In this document: one piece after another, positions 42,679-54,299 of the stretch
Position numbering within the stretch: the first letter of the stretch is position 1
How the letters are laid out: the number at the start of each line of letters is the position of its first letter
Source: an uncultured Actinomycetota bacterium
GTDB lineage: Bacteria; Actinomycetota; Actinomycetes; Mycobacteriales; Mycobacteriaceae
Assembly (NCBI GenBank): GCA_963715215.1
Contig: CAVQRJ010000020.1
Span: 352,343-416,342 of the forward strand
Length of the DNA: 64,000 nucleotides
Direction: 5' to 3'
Notes under the pieces: generated by a model
Databases searched by the model: none
What the model was told of the DNA's origin: nothing
The model's input: only the letters and a program-made list of their open reading frames with translations
Position numbers and translations under genes: made by a program

Positions 42679-43944
42679 TCAACGTCGGAGGTACGCGTCG
42701 AGCCGGGAGACGTACCACGTCACGAAGTCGTTGACCTGGTACTCATTCGGCGCGTACGGTCCGGGACTGTATGCCGGGCTGGTGATTCCGGTATGAGCCC
42801 GCTTGACGAGCGCGCTGTCTTGAGCGTTCGTATGTTGCCAGACATCGGTGAGCTTGGCGATGTCGTAATCGATGCCTTCCACGGCGTCCTCGTGCACCAG
42901 CCAGGTGGTGCGCACCAGCGTCCGATCGGGCGCGATTGGCAGCGCGGTAAATGTGACGGCGTGATCGGAGAGGAAGTGCATCCACGTGTTTGGCTGCATG
43001 TGCAGGGTGAGCCGCCCCATCCGCGGATTGTCCAGCTCGCCGACGAGCCGTCGGCACGCCGCCGATCCGTCGCGAGTGTAGGACTCGCCAACCCCGTCCA
43101 GCGCTTCACGTTGGATTCGGAACGCGGATGGTCGGTTGGCCAGTTCTTCGATCGCGGCGAACGGCATATCGCGTTGGGTGCAGGCCTTGTCGAGTTCGGC
43201 TTCGGCCGCTAAATACCGCGCGTGCGCGTTGCGGAGTCGCGGTGGGATCTTGTCGGGCGCATACCCGTACGTGGGAAAGAACGTCTGGGTCAGCTCCGGG
43301 TGGTTGCCTTCGCAGTGATAGCACTCCCGGTTGTTTTCCATCACCAGCTTCCAGTTGCCCTCCTCGACGATGTCTTCCTGGGCAGCCACTTTCATCCGGT
43401 GCAGCTGGTGTGCCGTGAAGTAGGGCGCGATGCGAGTGGCGACGTCGTCGAAGTCCGATGGTGGTTCGTCGGCGAGGCAGATGAAGATCAGACCGTCGAC
43501 GGTGCGGACGTTGACGCGTTTCAAACCGAAGCAACTGCTGTCGAAGCCGGGTGGCTGATCAGCGGCGTGCAACAAGGTTCCGTCGGTCGCGTAGGTCCAT
43601 TGGTGGTACCCACAGACGATGTTGCCCACCGATCCACGCGGCTCCAGCAGCACCCGGGCGCCCCGGTGCCGGCAGACATTGTGCAGCGCCCGTACGCCGT
43701 CGTCGTCGTGGACGACGATGATTGAATACCACCCGATCTCGACGGTGACGAAGTCGCCGGGCTCGCGTATCTCGGCTATGGTCGCCACGAAGATCCAGTG
43801 GGTGGCGAACACCGCCGCGATATCCAGGTCGAAGACGTCCTTGCTGAGATAAAACGGTGCGGCCAGCGAGTAGCCAGGTCTCCGTTCGGCGACGAGCGTC
43901 TCGACGTCGTGAATTGCGGTGCTTGAACGGGTGGCGGTGGTCAA
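42679..43944 (-). CDS. Rieske monooxygenase alpha subunit, quaternary-amine N-demethylase type (GbcA/Stc2-like)
   Basis: CRHRG, CGYHQW and NNRECYHCEGNHPEL; TTG start with SD. Confidence 0.9.
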   Translation of the reverse strand: MTTATRSSTAIHDVETLVAERRPGYSLAAPFYLSKDVFDLDIAAVFATHWIFVATIAEIREPGDFVTVEIGWYSIIVVHDDDGVRALHNVCRHRGARVLLEPRGSVGNIVCGYHQWTYATDGTLLHAADQPPGFDSSCFGLKRVNVRTVDGLIFICLADEPPSDFDDVATRIAPYFTAHQLHRMKVAAQEDIVEEGNWKLVMENNRECYHCEGNHPELTQTFFPTYGYAPDKIPPRLRNAHARYLAAEAELDKACTQRDMPFAAIEELANRPSAFRIQREALDGVGESYTRDGSAACRRLVGELDNPRMGRLTLHMQPNTWMHFLSDHAVTFTALPIAPDRTLVRTTWLVHEDAVEGIDYDIAKLTDVWQHTNAQDSALVKRAHTGITSPAYSPGPYAPNEYQVNDFVTWYVSRLDAYLRR

Positions 43945-44127
43945 CGCGATCTCCTTCAGAAACCTGGGCAGTTGGGCGGTCCGATTGGCTGAAACACAGC
44001 TGTCGCACACCTGACTGACGGTGGCGTCACGGATGCGGAACAACGGGTGGTCCGCGACTCATTGTGGCGCCTGCTACTGCTGAGTGAAAAGCAAATAGTT
44101 GTGATGGGTTTTGTGCAAAATAATTGC

Positions 44128-45033
44128 ATGATTGACCATCGCCTTCATGTGCTGCGGGTGCTGGCCGCGTGCGGCACTGTGAACGGTGCCGCAGCGACGC
44201 TTAACTACACACCCTCGGCGGTGTCTCATCAAATACGTGGGCTGGCCCAGGACTTGGGGGTCACGCTGCTGGTGAAGGAGGGGCGCGGGGTGCGATTGAC
44301 ACCCGCCGCACGCCTGTTGCTCGCCCGCGCCGACGAGCTGTTTGCCCGGTGGGAGGAAATCCGGGCCGAGCTCGCTGAAATCGGGGACCCCAGCATCGGA
44401 ACGCTGCGCCTGTGCGGATTCTCCACCGCCGCGGCTACCTTGCTGCCGTACGTGGTTTCACCTCTGCGCGCCGTCGACCCGCATTGCACCGTACGCATTG
44501 TCGAGGCCGACCCGCTGGAGTGCTTCGACCTGCTTCTTACCGACGACGCCGATATCGCGGTCGTCGTCGCGACACCGTCGTTACCACCGACGAGCGATCC
44601 CCGATTTGATCAACAGCCGTTGTTGGACGACCCGCTCGAGTTGTTGGTCCCCGCCGGCCACCCGCTGGCGAGCCGCCGGTCGGTGCTGCTGCGCGAGGCC
44701 GCCAACGAACCCTGGGTGCTCGACCGTCCCGGTCGTTCCTACCATCAACTGGTGCAAACGGCATGCGCGGCAGCCGGTTTCACACCCGCCATCGCGCATG
44801 AGGCCAGCGAATGGGAAACCGGCGCCGCGCTGGTGGGCGAAGGCTTGGCGGTCGCGCTGGTCCCGCGCCTGGCCCGGCTGCCGCCGGGATACCCGGTCGC
44901 GCGAGTGCCGTTACGCGGAAATCCCACACCGGCTCGGCACATCCTCACCAGCGTCCGCCGGGGCAGCCGCAACCAGCACGCCATCGCGGTGGCGCTGGAC
45001 GCGCTTGAGGAGATCGCGAGCCGCCACCGCTGA
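44128..45033 (+). CDS. LysR-family regulator
   Basis: AAATLNYTPSAVSHQIRGL; divergent from the Rieske gene. Confidence 0.92.
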   Translation: MIDHRLHVLRVLAACGTVNGAAATLNYTPSAVSHQIRGLAQDLGVTLLVKEGRGVRLTPAARLLLARADELFARWEEIRAELAEIGDPSIGTLRLCGFSTAAATLLPYVVSPLRAVDPHCTVRIVEADPLECFDLLLTDDADIAVVVATPSLPPTSDPRFDQQPLLDDPLELLVPAGHPLASRRSVLLREAANEPWVLDRPGRSYHQLVQTACAAAGFTPAIAHEASEWETGAALVGEGLAVALVPRLARLPPGYPVARVPLRGNPTPARHILTSVRRGSRNQHAIAVALDALEEIASRHR

Positions 45034-45102
45034 TGCCAGCTAGTCCATGTGAAGTGGCCGCAGGGACGGCGTTGCTCCTGCGGCCGTCCCAGCCGACGTC
45101 GG

Positions 45103-45792
45103 CTAGTGCGTATACAGGTGGGCGGTCTCGCTGAGGCTCATCCCCTTCGTCTCCGGGGCCCATAGCTGTGACACCAGGGCACCGCTGAAGACGATGACCG
45201 CCATGGCGAGGATCGTCCACGAGACACCGAATTTCTCGATTGTTATCGGCAACAGGAAGGTGCCCAAACCGGCCCCGATGCGGCTGACGGCGGCGGCGAA
45301 ACCGGTGCCGAGACAACGGACCTCGGTGGGGAACACCTCCCCGGGGTAGATACTCGTCAGCGCCCCATTCATCGCATTCAGGAACGAGAAGACCAGGAAC
45401 AGACCCAGCACGACGGCGGGAGGCGCACCCGACCACAGGCCGATGATCAAGAAGACGACGGTGATGATCCACTGCGGCGGGACGGTGAACACCCGGCGAC
45501 CGGCCTTGTCGATCAACGCACACGTGATGCCAACCCCGGCCACCGCGACCATCGACAGTCCCACGCCACCGGCGAGCCCGCCACTGAGGCCGTACTTCTT
45601 CAGCACATCATCGGCGAACGTCGCGATCGCAAAATAGGGCAGCACGTTGCAGAACCAGAACCACGACACGAAGACCGTCATCCGCCAGTACTGCGGGGAG
45701 AACAGCATCCCGAAGCCGCCCGTGTGCTTGTCCTCGTGCTCGACGTCGGTCATGTCGGCGGCGTCCACCATGTACTTGTGGGCGATGGCGTG
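45103..45792 (-). pseudogene. C-terminal half of an MFS transporter
   Basis: LIDKAGRR, IYPGEVFPTEVR and PETKG. Confidence 0.85.
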
Positions 45793-47478
45793 GGCGACGG
45801 AGTCACCGATGCGATAGACCACGAAGCTGCCGTCGGGGTTGTGCCTAGCCGACTGCGGCCGTAACGCCAGTAGATCCGGAATGACGATTTCGCCGAGGTT
45901 GACCGAGCGGGCCGTCAACGCGTCGAACAACTCCGGGTCCGGGACCGTGCCGTGCTCGATGACGACGGTGTCGACCGTGCGTTCGGCCACCGTCTTGGCG
46001 CCCTCGACCTGCAGCCGCACGACCAGTCGTCGATCCTGCTTCTCGATCTCGATGAGACGATGCAGCACGGTGGTCCCAACGTTGTTGTCGGCGAGCATCT
46101 GGAAGTATCCGACGGCCGGCGAGGCCCCGACGTCCGGGGCGGGGGTCCGTTCCGGCGTCACATACTCCACGCTGCGGGCGGACCTCGTCAGTGCCTCGAC
46201 GGCGTCGAGGGCCTGGTGCCCACCGTGATCGTCGTACACCAGCACGTCGCCCGTCGGCCGCGCGGCACCTGCCAGCAGGTCCCAGCTGTCGATGGCCAAC
46301 GAGTCGCCGGGCACGCCGACCGACGTGTTCGGCACACCTCCGGTCGCGACAATGACGACGTCGACGTCGGTGATCTGGTCGGCGTCGACATAGTGGTTGC
46401 GCCGCAACTGCACCCCGAGTCGGCGGCATTCCGCGACCCGCCAGTCGATGATGCCGATCAGATCGCGCCGGCGCTCCGAGGTCGCGGCCAGCGCGACCTG
46501 GCCGCCGAACGTGTCGTTCGCCTCATACAGCGTCACGGCATGACCCCGTTCGGCGAGCACCCGTGCGGCTTCCAGGCCGGCCGGACCGCCGCCGATGACG
46601 GCGCATCGTTTCGATTCGGCCGCGGGCGTGACCCGCTGCGGCAACTGCTGCTCGCGCCCGGTCGCCGGGTTGTGGATGCAATGCGTCGAGCCCGACGTGT
46701 AGATCGAGTCCAGGCAGATACTCGCACCGACGCACGGCCGAACGCGATCGGCATGGCCGGCGGCGACCTTGCGAGGGAGATCGGGATCGGCTATCAGCGC
46801 CCGGGTCATCCCCACCAGATCCAGCAGTCCCTCCGCGATCGCGTAGCGAGCGGTCGCGACGTCAGCGATCTTGGAGGCGTGCATGACGGGCACGTCGACC
46901 TGCTTCTTCACCCAGCCCGCGAACTCCAGGTGAGGGCTGGCCGGAGTGAACATCGGCGGGATCACCTTCGCCAGCTCCACGTCGGTGTCGGACCGGCCGC
47001 GGATCACGCTGAAGAAGTCGATCCCCGCCTTCGTGAACGCCCGCGCCATCTGGATGGCTTCCTCGGGCCCGGTACCACTGCCATCGGGGCGCTGCTCGTC
47101 GAACGACATCCGCATCCCGACGATGAACTCGTCACCGACCGCAGCACGGATCGCGGCGATCACCTCGAGCGGAAATCTGATCCGGTTCTCCAGCGGACCG
47201 CCGTACTCGTCCTGGCGATGGTTGAATGCCGGCGTCATGAACTCATCGAGCAGATGCCCGCTGTAGGCCGAGATCTCGACGCCGTCGAGACCCGCCTCCT
47301 TACACCGCAGCGCGGTCTCGGCGAAGTCGCGCGCGATCCGCGCCAGATCTCGCACATCCGCGACCCGGGTGAACGCCCGATGGGCGGGCTCGCGGGTACC
47401 ACTGGCCGACAGGGCGGGAATCCAGTCCTGAAAGTAGTTGTACGTCCGATGACCCATATGCGTGAGCTGGGTCATGAC
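45793..47478 (-). pseudogene. Internal part of an NADH:flavin oxidoreductase (StcD/N-methylproline demethylase-like)
   Basis: GLDGVEISAYSGHLLDEF, RQDEYGG, CVGASIC, CIHNPATGRE and IGGGPAGLEAA. Confidence 0.85.
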
Positions 47479-48765
47479 CTGCTCGGCCAGTGCCCGTGGC
47501 AGCTTGTCGGGACGGCGGGGATGATCGGCGGGGAAGAATAGTGCGGTGGCGGGAAGCCCTGGGTGCCAACGATGTTGACGGATCGCGACGAAGAATCCGT
47601 TCAGCAGTCCTATATGGGCGCTGCGGCGTTGTGGATGGCGTTCGTGCCCCAGGTCTGCCAGATAGCGTTCGAGCAGCTGACGATCGAGTTGCTCGATGTG
47701 CTCGACACCGACCGCGGCCAGGAACCGCGAGAACCGGCTGATCGCCACCACCGCCCGGGCGCCTCCGGCTTCCAAGCCCAGTCCGCTCGACAACCGCAGC
47801 CGGACCCAGCGCTTGGCCAGCTCCCGCAGCCATGGCTGGGTGATCCGGTCGAATTGCAGGGTGCGGCGGCCGTCGAAGCCGAGGCGGTGCATCCGCCAGA
47901 CATCGCGCGGGTATTCGGCTTCCCAGCCGCCGGTCTCGGCCAGATCGGCGACGGCCCGACGCGCATAGAGCAGCAGAGCGCGCCCGAGGCTGTCGTTGAC
48001 GGTCCCGTCGGCGATCGTGAGCCAGGTGCCCTCGTCGTGGTCGAGCAACGACGTCACCGACGAGGCCGCCAGCAGCCGAACCACGCGAGTGACGACACTC
48101 GGTGCGAGCTTGCCGACGCGCCGGTCACGACGCTGCTGCAACGTGTACTGCAGTTCCAGTCGCAGCTGCGGCGGCAGTTGGCCGAGCTGGATCGACTGAT
48201 CGGCGGGCACGACCAGGCCGGGGTCGAACCTCGCTGCGAAGGTGTCGATCTCGGGACGGCCGTTGGCCCGCCAGGTCGCGTTGTGAGAATGACAGAACGG
48301 CCCCGACGCCTCCGGCCAAAGCACACAGTGCCGGATGCGGCAGCTCGCCCCGGCTGGCGGCGGCTTGATCACCGGAGGATCAGCCATCCAGGTCCCGCGG
48401 TCGGGCCGCCCGGCCCGTTCCCACCGCTGAGCATGCAGCTGACACAAGCCTTTGCGCGCGGATCCGTATCCGCAGCCGGTGACCGCGCACCGCTGGTTCG
48501 GTCGTTGCCGTTGTAACCGGGGGTCGGTCCGCGTGATGAATGCCTCCAGATCCGGGCGTCCCTGCTTGACCCATCGCACTCGATGATTCAGGCACAACCC
48601 GTGTCCACGAGCATGGCGGTCGCAACCGGCCACCCGGCAGGCTCCGCCGCCGAACACCGGATCATCCGGCTCGAAAATCAATGTCTGGCTGCGGAACTCG
48701 GCCCGGACGACCGCCATCAGCCTGCCCAGCTGGCTCTGCGGGCCTTCCGCTCCCGGGGCGGTCAC
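47464..48765 (-). pseudogene. N-terminal half of a Tn554-TnpB-like recombinase (catalytic domain deleted)
   Basis: Cys-rich repeats (CRVAGC, CAVTGC, CRIRHC) like the 17997-20618 protein; ends at LPRAL; GTG overlaps the tnpA stop. Confidence 0.8.
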
Positions 48766-49868
48766 CAGGCCACCTGCCGGCCGTCGAACCAGCCCGCCTT
48801 CTCTAGCACCGCCCGAGCATCTTCGACGGTGAGATGCCCGTAGGTGGTGGCGGTGACGGTCACGTTGGAGTGGCCGAGCAGCTTCGCGACGACCTCGAGG
48901 CTGATGCCGTCGCGCAGCATTCTCGTCGCCGCGGTATGCCGTATCCAGTGCGGATCGAACTCCACCCCGGTCCGGCGCCGCAGCCGCCGCACCAGGTCGT
49001 AGACCGCAGCATAGGTCCACGGCCGCCCCGGAGCGCCGCCCCAGAGATTGACGAACACGTAATCACTGTCCAGATCGCCGTATTCGGCATGCAGATAATC
49101 GGCGTACAACCGCACCAACTCCGCGCTCACCGGCACCGTCCTCGTGGTGATCGACTTCGCGCGGGCACCGTTGTCGTTGTCGCGGCGGACCACCGTGATC
49201 TCCCGCTCGGCTGCGGCGATATCGTTGTGCCGCAACCCGAGAGCCTCGCCGATCCGCATCCCGCTGTCATAGAGAAGTGCCAGCAGCAGCCGGTCCCGCA
49301 GATGCTCGCACCCGTCCAGCAGCGCCTGCACCTGCTGCGGCGTCAGTACCCGCGGCAGCTTCTTGGCCGCCTTCAGCGACACCGCCCGCCGCCCCCGCGG
49401 CATCGATTTGCTGATGTGATGCAGGAACGGCTTCCACCCGCCCCGCGACCCGCCGACCTGCCACGACGCCAACAAAGCAGCGACGTCTACCCCGTCGTGG
49501 GCAGCATGCAGATAAAACGATCCCAGTGCCGACAGCTTCCGGTTCACCGTCGACTCGCCGCAGGCCGGTGCCACCGACGGCAGCACCGCAACCCGGCCAT
49601 CACGTGCCTGCGCTGGAGCGCGCAGCCACGCAACGAATCCCCCGACATCTTCCAAACCCGCTGACCGCCAATCCAACTCGCGGCCAGCGAGGAAATCGAA
49701 CCAATCCTTCAGATCGTGGGCATACGCCTTGACCGTATTCGGGGACCGTTCGATCGCTGTCAGATACGCCAGATACCGCTCCACCGGGGCCACCGGCCGG
49801 TCGTCGTCACCGACAACCGTCCACGACTCCCGCGACGTGACCGGCGAGACCACCCGCACCACAAGCAC
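48762..49868 (-). CDS. Tyrosine recombinase (TnpA-like) of a second Tn554-like element
   Basis: MRIGEALGLR, HWIRH, LLGH and TYGH; GGAGG SD. Confidence 0.88.
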   Translation of the reverse strand: MLVVRVVSPVTSRESWTVVGDDDRPVAPVERYLAYLTAIERSPNTVKAYAHDLKDWFDFLAGRELDWRSAGLEDVGGFVAWLRAPAQARDGRVAVLPSVAPACGESTVNRKLSALGSFYLHAAHDGVDVAALLASWQVGGSRGGWKPFLHHISKSMPRGRRAVSLKAAKKLPRVLTPQQVQALLDGCEHLRDRLLLALLYDSGMRIGEALGLRHNDIAAAEREITVVRRDNDNGARAKSITTRTVPVSAELVRLYADYLHAEYGDLDSDYVFVNLWGGAPGRPWTYAAVYDLVRRLRRRTGVEFDPHWIRHTAATRMLRDGISLEVVAKLLGHSNVTVTATTYGHLTVEDARAVLEKAGWFDGRQVAW

Positions 49869-49989
49869 TCCGCCACCTCCGCAAGCTCTGCCTTCTGGAC
49901 CGCTGCAGATAACCACGTCCACAAGGCAGAACCGGTGTCCTCGGAGACCCGTGTCGGACATCAAAGACGCTGATCGGAGCACTCAAGAT

Positions 49990-50430
49990 AACGAACGGCT
50001 TGCGGCCACATTCGTTTATGCCGGCATCGATGTGGAGGTGCAAGGCTTGTTCGCCGGTGTGCGCGGCCGCCAGATCGCCGGCCGGTTCACCGTCATCCCG
50101 GCCGCGCCCTTTGCCTACGGTACCGGCGCCCAACGCGGGCAGTGGCGTGCGCTGATCGCCGCTTTGGAGTCCCTGCTGCGCCTGCACTCCCACCGCACCG
50201 GCAGCCTGGTGCGCCTTGATGAATACCTCTACCGCCGCAGCGGCGGCATGATCGGCAGCCTGTCGCAGCTGGTGCGGGGTGCGGCGATCTTGGCCATCGA
50301 GGACGGCAGCGAACAGGTCAGCAAACAGCTACTCGACAGCGTCGCGGTCGACTACGCCGCACAACGCGCCGATACTGCATCACGGCCACCGCGCCGCGGA
50401 AGCCGGGCGATCCGCAGGCAGAGCGGCTGA
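49990..50430 (+). pseudogene. tniB: TniB/TnsC-like AAA ATPase C-terminal fragment
   Basis: ATFVYAGID, RSGGMIGSLSQLVRGAAILAI. Confidence 0.7.
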
Positions 50431-51603
50431 TGGTGCCTTTCCCGGCTGCCGATCGCCGTCGCCCCTGCGCATCAGGAAACCGTCGCCTCCTACCTGACCC
50501 GCCTGGCCAGCCTGCACGGGCTACCGCTGCGGGAACTGTGGGAACCGATCAGCGTGCCGCGGCCAGGTGGCCGGCGGCGCGACGTCCTCGCCGACCGGCT
50601 GGCCGCCGTGACCGGCCACCGACGCGAGCACCTCGTCCGCGCGCTGCCCGAGCTGCATCCCGCGCCAGACTGGTCGGCGCTGCGCCATCAGCCCCAGCCC
50701 GGCTGCCCACGCTGCGACGCACGACACCCCGGCGGTCCGGTGACCCACCTACTGCCGCACCACCGCTATGTCTGCACCCGCCACCGGTACTGGGTCGGGC
50801 CGCCGGACATCGCCCAGCCCGCCACCGGCCTGGGCGGGCTCGACGATATCGTCCGTGCGCAGCGACACCACCTGCGGCTGCTGGGCCGCCACGGTCCGGC
50901 CGCCGCCTACGACGCGGTGCTGACCGGGTTCCTGTTCTGCGGCCACCTCTGGGCGGATCGGCGGGAAGACGGCGTCGGTGTTCACCGCGAGTGGACCCGC
51001 CGCGCCGAGGTCCTCATCCCGGCGGGCACCGAGACGGCGACGTTCAGCGCCTCCCGGCTGTTCGCGGCGGTCTATCCCGAAGCCGTCCGCCTCGCCGGTC
51101 TGATCGCCTCGCCCACATGGCGACACCTTGCGGCCGGTGATGCCGATCAGCAGCGACAGTTCACCACCGAAGTCGGGCGTCGCCTCGACCGCCCGCACCA
51201 CCCGGGCGACGGCGGTGACGCTGTCGCCCACTGGATGATGTTCGACTGTTGGCGACCGCCGAGCCGACCCGACAAGATTTTTCCCGACAGCCGCGCACCA
51301 TGGCGCAATTCAGCCACCGAAGGTCAGTGCGCACAGCCGAGATCGACACCGCCGCAGCGCACAATGGTTTGCCCGCACGCGCCGCGGTGGCGGCGCCATC
51401 CTGCACCACCGCCATATCCGGCCAGTCCTGATCCGCGAATGGTCGCCCAAGATGGACGGCATCGCGGGCACCATCTGGGCGAGCCAAACCACGAGCTCGA
51501 CCTGGCCGCCGCGGCAACTTGTGACGTGACGTTCGGACCGGATGCACTCGCGCTCCGCAGAATCGAACGAGGCGGTCATGAATATGTCACGCCGATCCAA
51601 TAG
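50430..51603 (+). CDS. tniQ: TniQ-family protein, early frameshift
   Basis: ETVASYLTRLASLHGL; Zn finger CPRC...CTRH. Confidence 0.75.
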
Positions 51604-51757
51604 GTAGCACGCCTGTCCGCTGCGGGTGCCGCGTCATCGGGCCCCGAACTCACGACGACGTCCCAACGGGCAACGTAGGACGGGGGTAACCGCGGGGCAT
51701 CCCTCGCAATCTTCAACTGGACGAGACAACGAGTTGCGAATCGCGCAGGCGCGCCAG

Positions 51758-52105
51758 TTATTCGACGACGATGTCGTTGCCGGACACCGATACGGTGCCG
51801 CGTCCAAGAGGCCAAACTTTCGTCAGCATCTTGAACGTCGTTCCGAGTCCGGGGATCTTGGCGAAGATCTGTTGGGGTCCGCGGACCATCTGTCCGTTCT
51901 CGACGTCGTAAGCGGATTGGTGCCACGGGCAGACCAGTCGCCCGTCCTCGATCGATCCGCCCGCCAGGTCTGCGCGCAGATGTCGACACCGCCGCGTGAC
52001 CGCGAAGTATTTGCCGTCGATGTTTCCAACGGCATACGGTCCCGCACCGGTCACCGCCCCCGGGGGCAGGTCGGCAACCGGGCACACTGTGATCTGCTTT
52101 GCCAT
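51758..52105 (-). CDS. Rieske 2Fe-2S ferredoxin
   Basis: CRH...CPWH. Confidence 0.88.
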   Translation of the reverse strand: MAKQITVCPVADLPPGAVTGAGPYAVGNIDGKYFAVTRRCRHLRADLAGGSIEDGRLVCPWHQSAYDVENGQMVRGPQQIFAKIPGLGTTFKMLTKVWPLGRGTVSVSGNDIVVE

Positions 52106-52406
52106 GCCAGCCTCCAGTCACCGCCGACGGTCCTTAACACGTCATTGTCCACCTACCCTCGGCCCATGCGGGAAAACACCCCCAGAACGCCGCCGATCGC
52201 AACAGCGACGGGATCTCTCCCGGATAGCCTTGGACGGAATCGGCGTGGAAGTCCCGAGGTTCGCAGATTGTTCAGTCGCTGGTAGGCGCGGCGATAGGTG
52301 AACCAGTTCGTTGGTGCCCGCCCGTCCCGATCCGGGCCGGCTCCAACCCCGGCAACCTCCACTCGGGACAGCTCGCGGATCGGCCGAATGGGTTTCGTGC
52401 ATTCGC

Positions 52407-52595
52407 TCAAGTCCGTTCGACCTTGATCACCATCCCGGCGGCGCGCAGGCGGTCGGGGAGAGCCTCACCCATCACCGCAGCGGGGGTGGGTATTCCGGCG
52501 AGGTCGGAGAGCTTCTCGTCGTCGAAGGCCAACGCCAGGCCACTATCTCCTAGCAGTACCGACGTCGCCTTGTAGCCGGGATCTCCCTGTGCGGT
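52407..52595 (-). pseudogene. Saccharopine dehydrogenase-like (trans-acting enoyl reductase) C-terminal fragment
   Basis: QGDPGYKATSVLLG...TPAAVMGEAL. Confidence 0.7.
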
Positions 52596-52865
52596 AGCCC
52601 CGCGCGGCCGGCCGGTCCAGCGGCAGAGGCGCCGGCATCGCCGACAGCTCGATCAACTATCGCGGGGCGTGTCCTTCTGCTGGCACAGTCGAATTCCGAG
52701 CGGGGTGGCGGCCAGCACCACCCAACCGCCGCGGTCCACGACCGCACCCAGTAACTCATCTTTGTCTGCTCGTTTCACCGGCTAGACGAGACCGGCTTGT
52801 CCGGTCGTAACCTTTCGTGTGTGCGGGCGTGTTCCACTCGCCTCTGATCGCCAAGAGCGCCAACG

Positions 52866-53160
52866 TTATTGCCGTGCCATCGCCAGATTGAACCGGTCCT
52901 CCGGCCCGATCAGGTGGTCGTGGCTGTCGTCGCCGATGTCGATCTGCACCCACTCGATGTCATCGGTGAAGCGGTTGCCCGTCGGGCCGTAGTCCGGGGA
53001 GGCCAGCGAGCCGGTATCGGCACCCACGTCGCAGGCCTCATCGGCGGAGAATGCCATCGGCTGGGTCTGCTCGACCCGCCCCGTACCGACAGCTTCGCCG
53101 TCGTAGTACAACCTGACGTCACCGCCCTTGGCCAGGCCACCGCCGTCGTAGGCGAAGAGG
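52866..53160 (-). pseudogene. Arylsulfatase C-terminal fragment
   Basis: GLAKGG...FSADEACDVG...WVQIDIG...LAMARQ*. Confidence 0.75.
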
Positions 53161-53309
53161 ATCTCGGCAACTCCTGGCGAAAGTCATTCGAAGCCGACGT
53201 CCGCCAATCCGAGTTCGCCGTCAAGCCCTACTCGCTGCTGATGGGCTCCATGAAGGTCGTCAACGCCGTAACGGTGTCCGTCACCGTTGACCGGGCCAAA
53301 GACGACTGA
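53158..53309 (+). pseudogene. YceI-family C-terminal fragment
   Basis: VRQSEFAVKPYSLLMGSMKV. Confidence 0.6.
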
Positions 53310-53368
53310 TTCGTCGTAGAACATCTGCTTGATCATTCTGGAACCGCAGCGTCTGCCGCTGCAGCCGA

Positions 53369-53535
53369 TCACGGCTCGAAGCGGTAGCCCATCCCGGGCT
53401 CGGTGATGAGGTGACGGGGCCGGGCCGGGATCGGCTCCAGTTTGCGGCGCAGCGAGGCCATGTAGGTGCGCAGATAATTGGTGTCCGCGTCGTGGCCGGG
53501 ACCCCAGACCTCGGTGAGGAGTTGTCGCCGCAAGC
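53369..53535 (-). pseudogene. kdpE: KdpE-like response regulator C-terminal fragment
   Basis: LLTEVWGP...YLRTYMASLRRKLE...LITEPGMGYRF. Confidence 0.8.
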
Positions 53536-53894
53536 TGCATGACACACTTATTCAAGTCCATTCCGGGGCAGGCGCTCCGAATGAAGTTAGCGCGATCCAG
53601 ATTCTCGACGTGCTGCTGTGGATGGCCTTTCGGAAGCGCTGAGTTGCAGACCATCGATGACCGCCGTCGTGCCCGCAGTGGAGGCTGGTGCCGCCGAGGT
53701 TTGTCGGGGCATCCTCAGCACCCTCACTTTGTTTGGCTTGTTCGTGTCGGCCGTTGGCGCGAGATACGCATTTGGGTGCAGCGAGATGTCGCAGACCGAA
53801 CGCCCGGCTACTGAACCCCAATTTTCTGATCGATATGACACCGTGAATGGCCTAACTTCGGGGCCGGCGTCCGCGCTGAACTCAGAACTGCTGC

Positions 53895-54299
53895 CTACTG
53901 ATCGAAGCGGCGTCGGAAGCGATCTTCCATGCGCCCTGTAAATGAGCCGCGGGAGTGTTTCGCCGGACGCTGGCGCGGCGCGCCCGACGCGGAGCCCGAC
54001 TTGTCGCGCCCACCGCCCATGCGCGGGCCGGTAATTGCGAGCACCACCCCGCCGAACATGCCCACGAATCCAAAGACGCTGAGGATCGGGAAGTTTCCGA
54101 TCATGGTGGCCTTGAAGGCCACACCGGATACCAGCATCGCCACGCCTATCACGAAGAGTGCTGCGCCCTGGAGCCGGCGACGGGCCGAGGGAGCACGCAG
54201 ACTGCCACCCCGGACGCTCGAGGCGAACTTAGGGTCCTCGGTAGAGAGCTCGCTCTCGATTTGGTCGAGCATGCGCTGCTCATGATCGGAGAGCGGCAT
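53895..54299 (-). CDS. DUF3040 membrane protein (Rv2169c-like)
   Basis: MPLSDHEQRMLDQIE...EDPKFA; RMEDRFRRRFD. Confidence 0.85.
   Translation of the reverse strand: MPLSDHEQRMLDQIESELSTEDPKFASSVRGGSLRAPSARRRLQGAALFVIGVAMLVSGVAFKATMIGNFPILSVFGFVGMFGGVVLAITGPRMGGGRDKSGSASGAPRQRPAKHSRGSFTGRMEDRFRRRFDQ

Noticed and set aside
48765-49020. N-terminal 85 aa of the 1305-aa ORF
   Set aside because: An alternative frame overlapping tnpA; the real start is the GTG at 48765.
49990-51603. TniQ as part of a CRISPR-associated transposon
   Set aside because: No cas genes or repeat array in the window.
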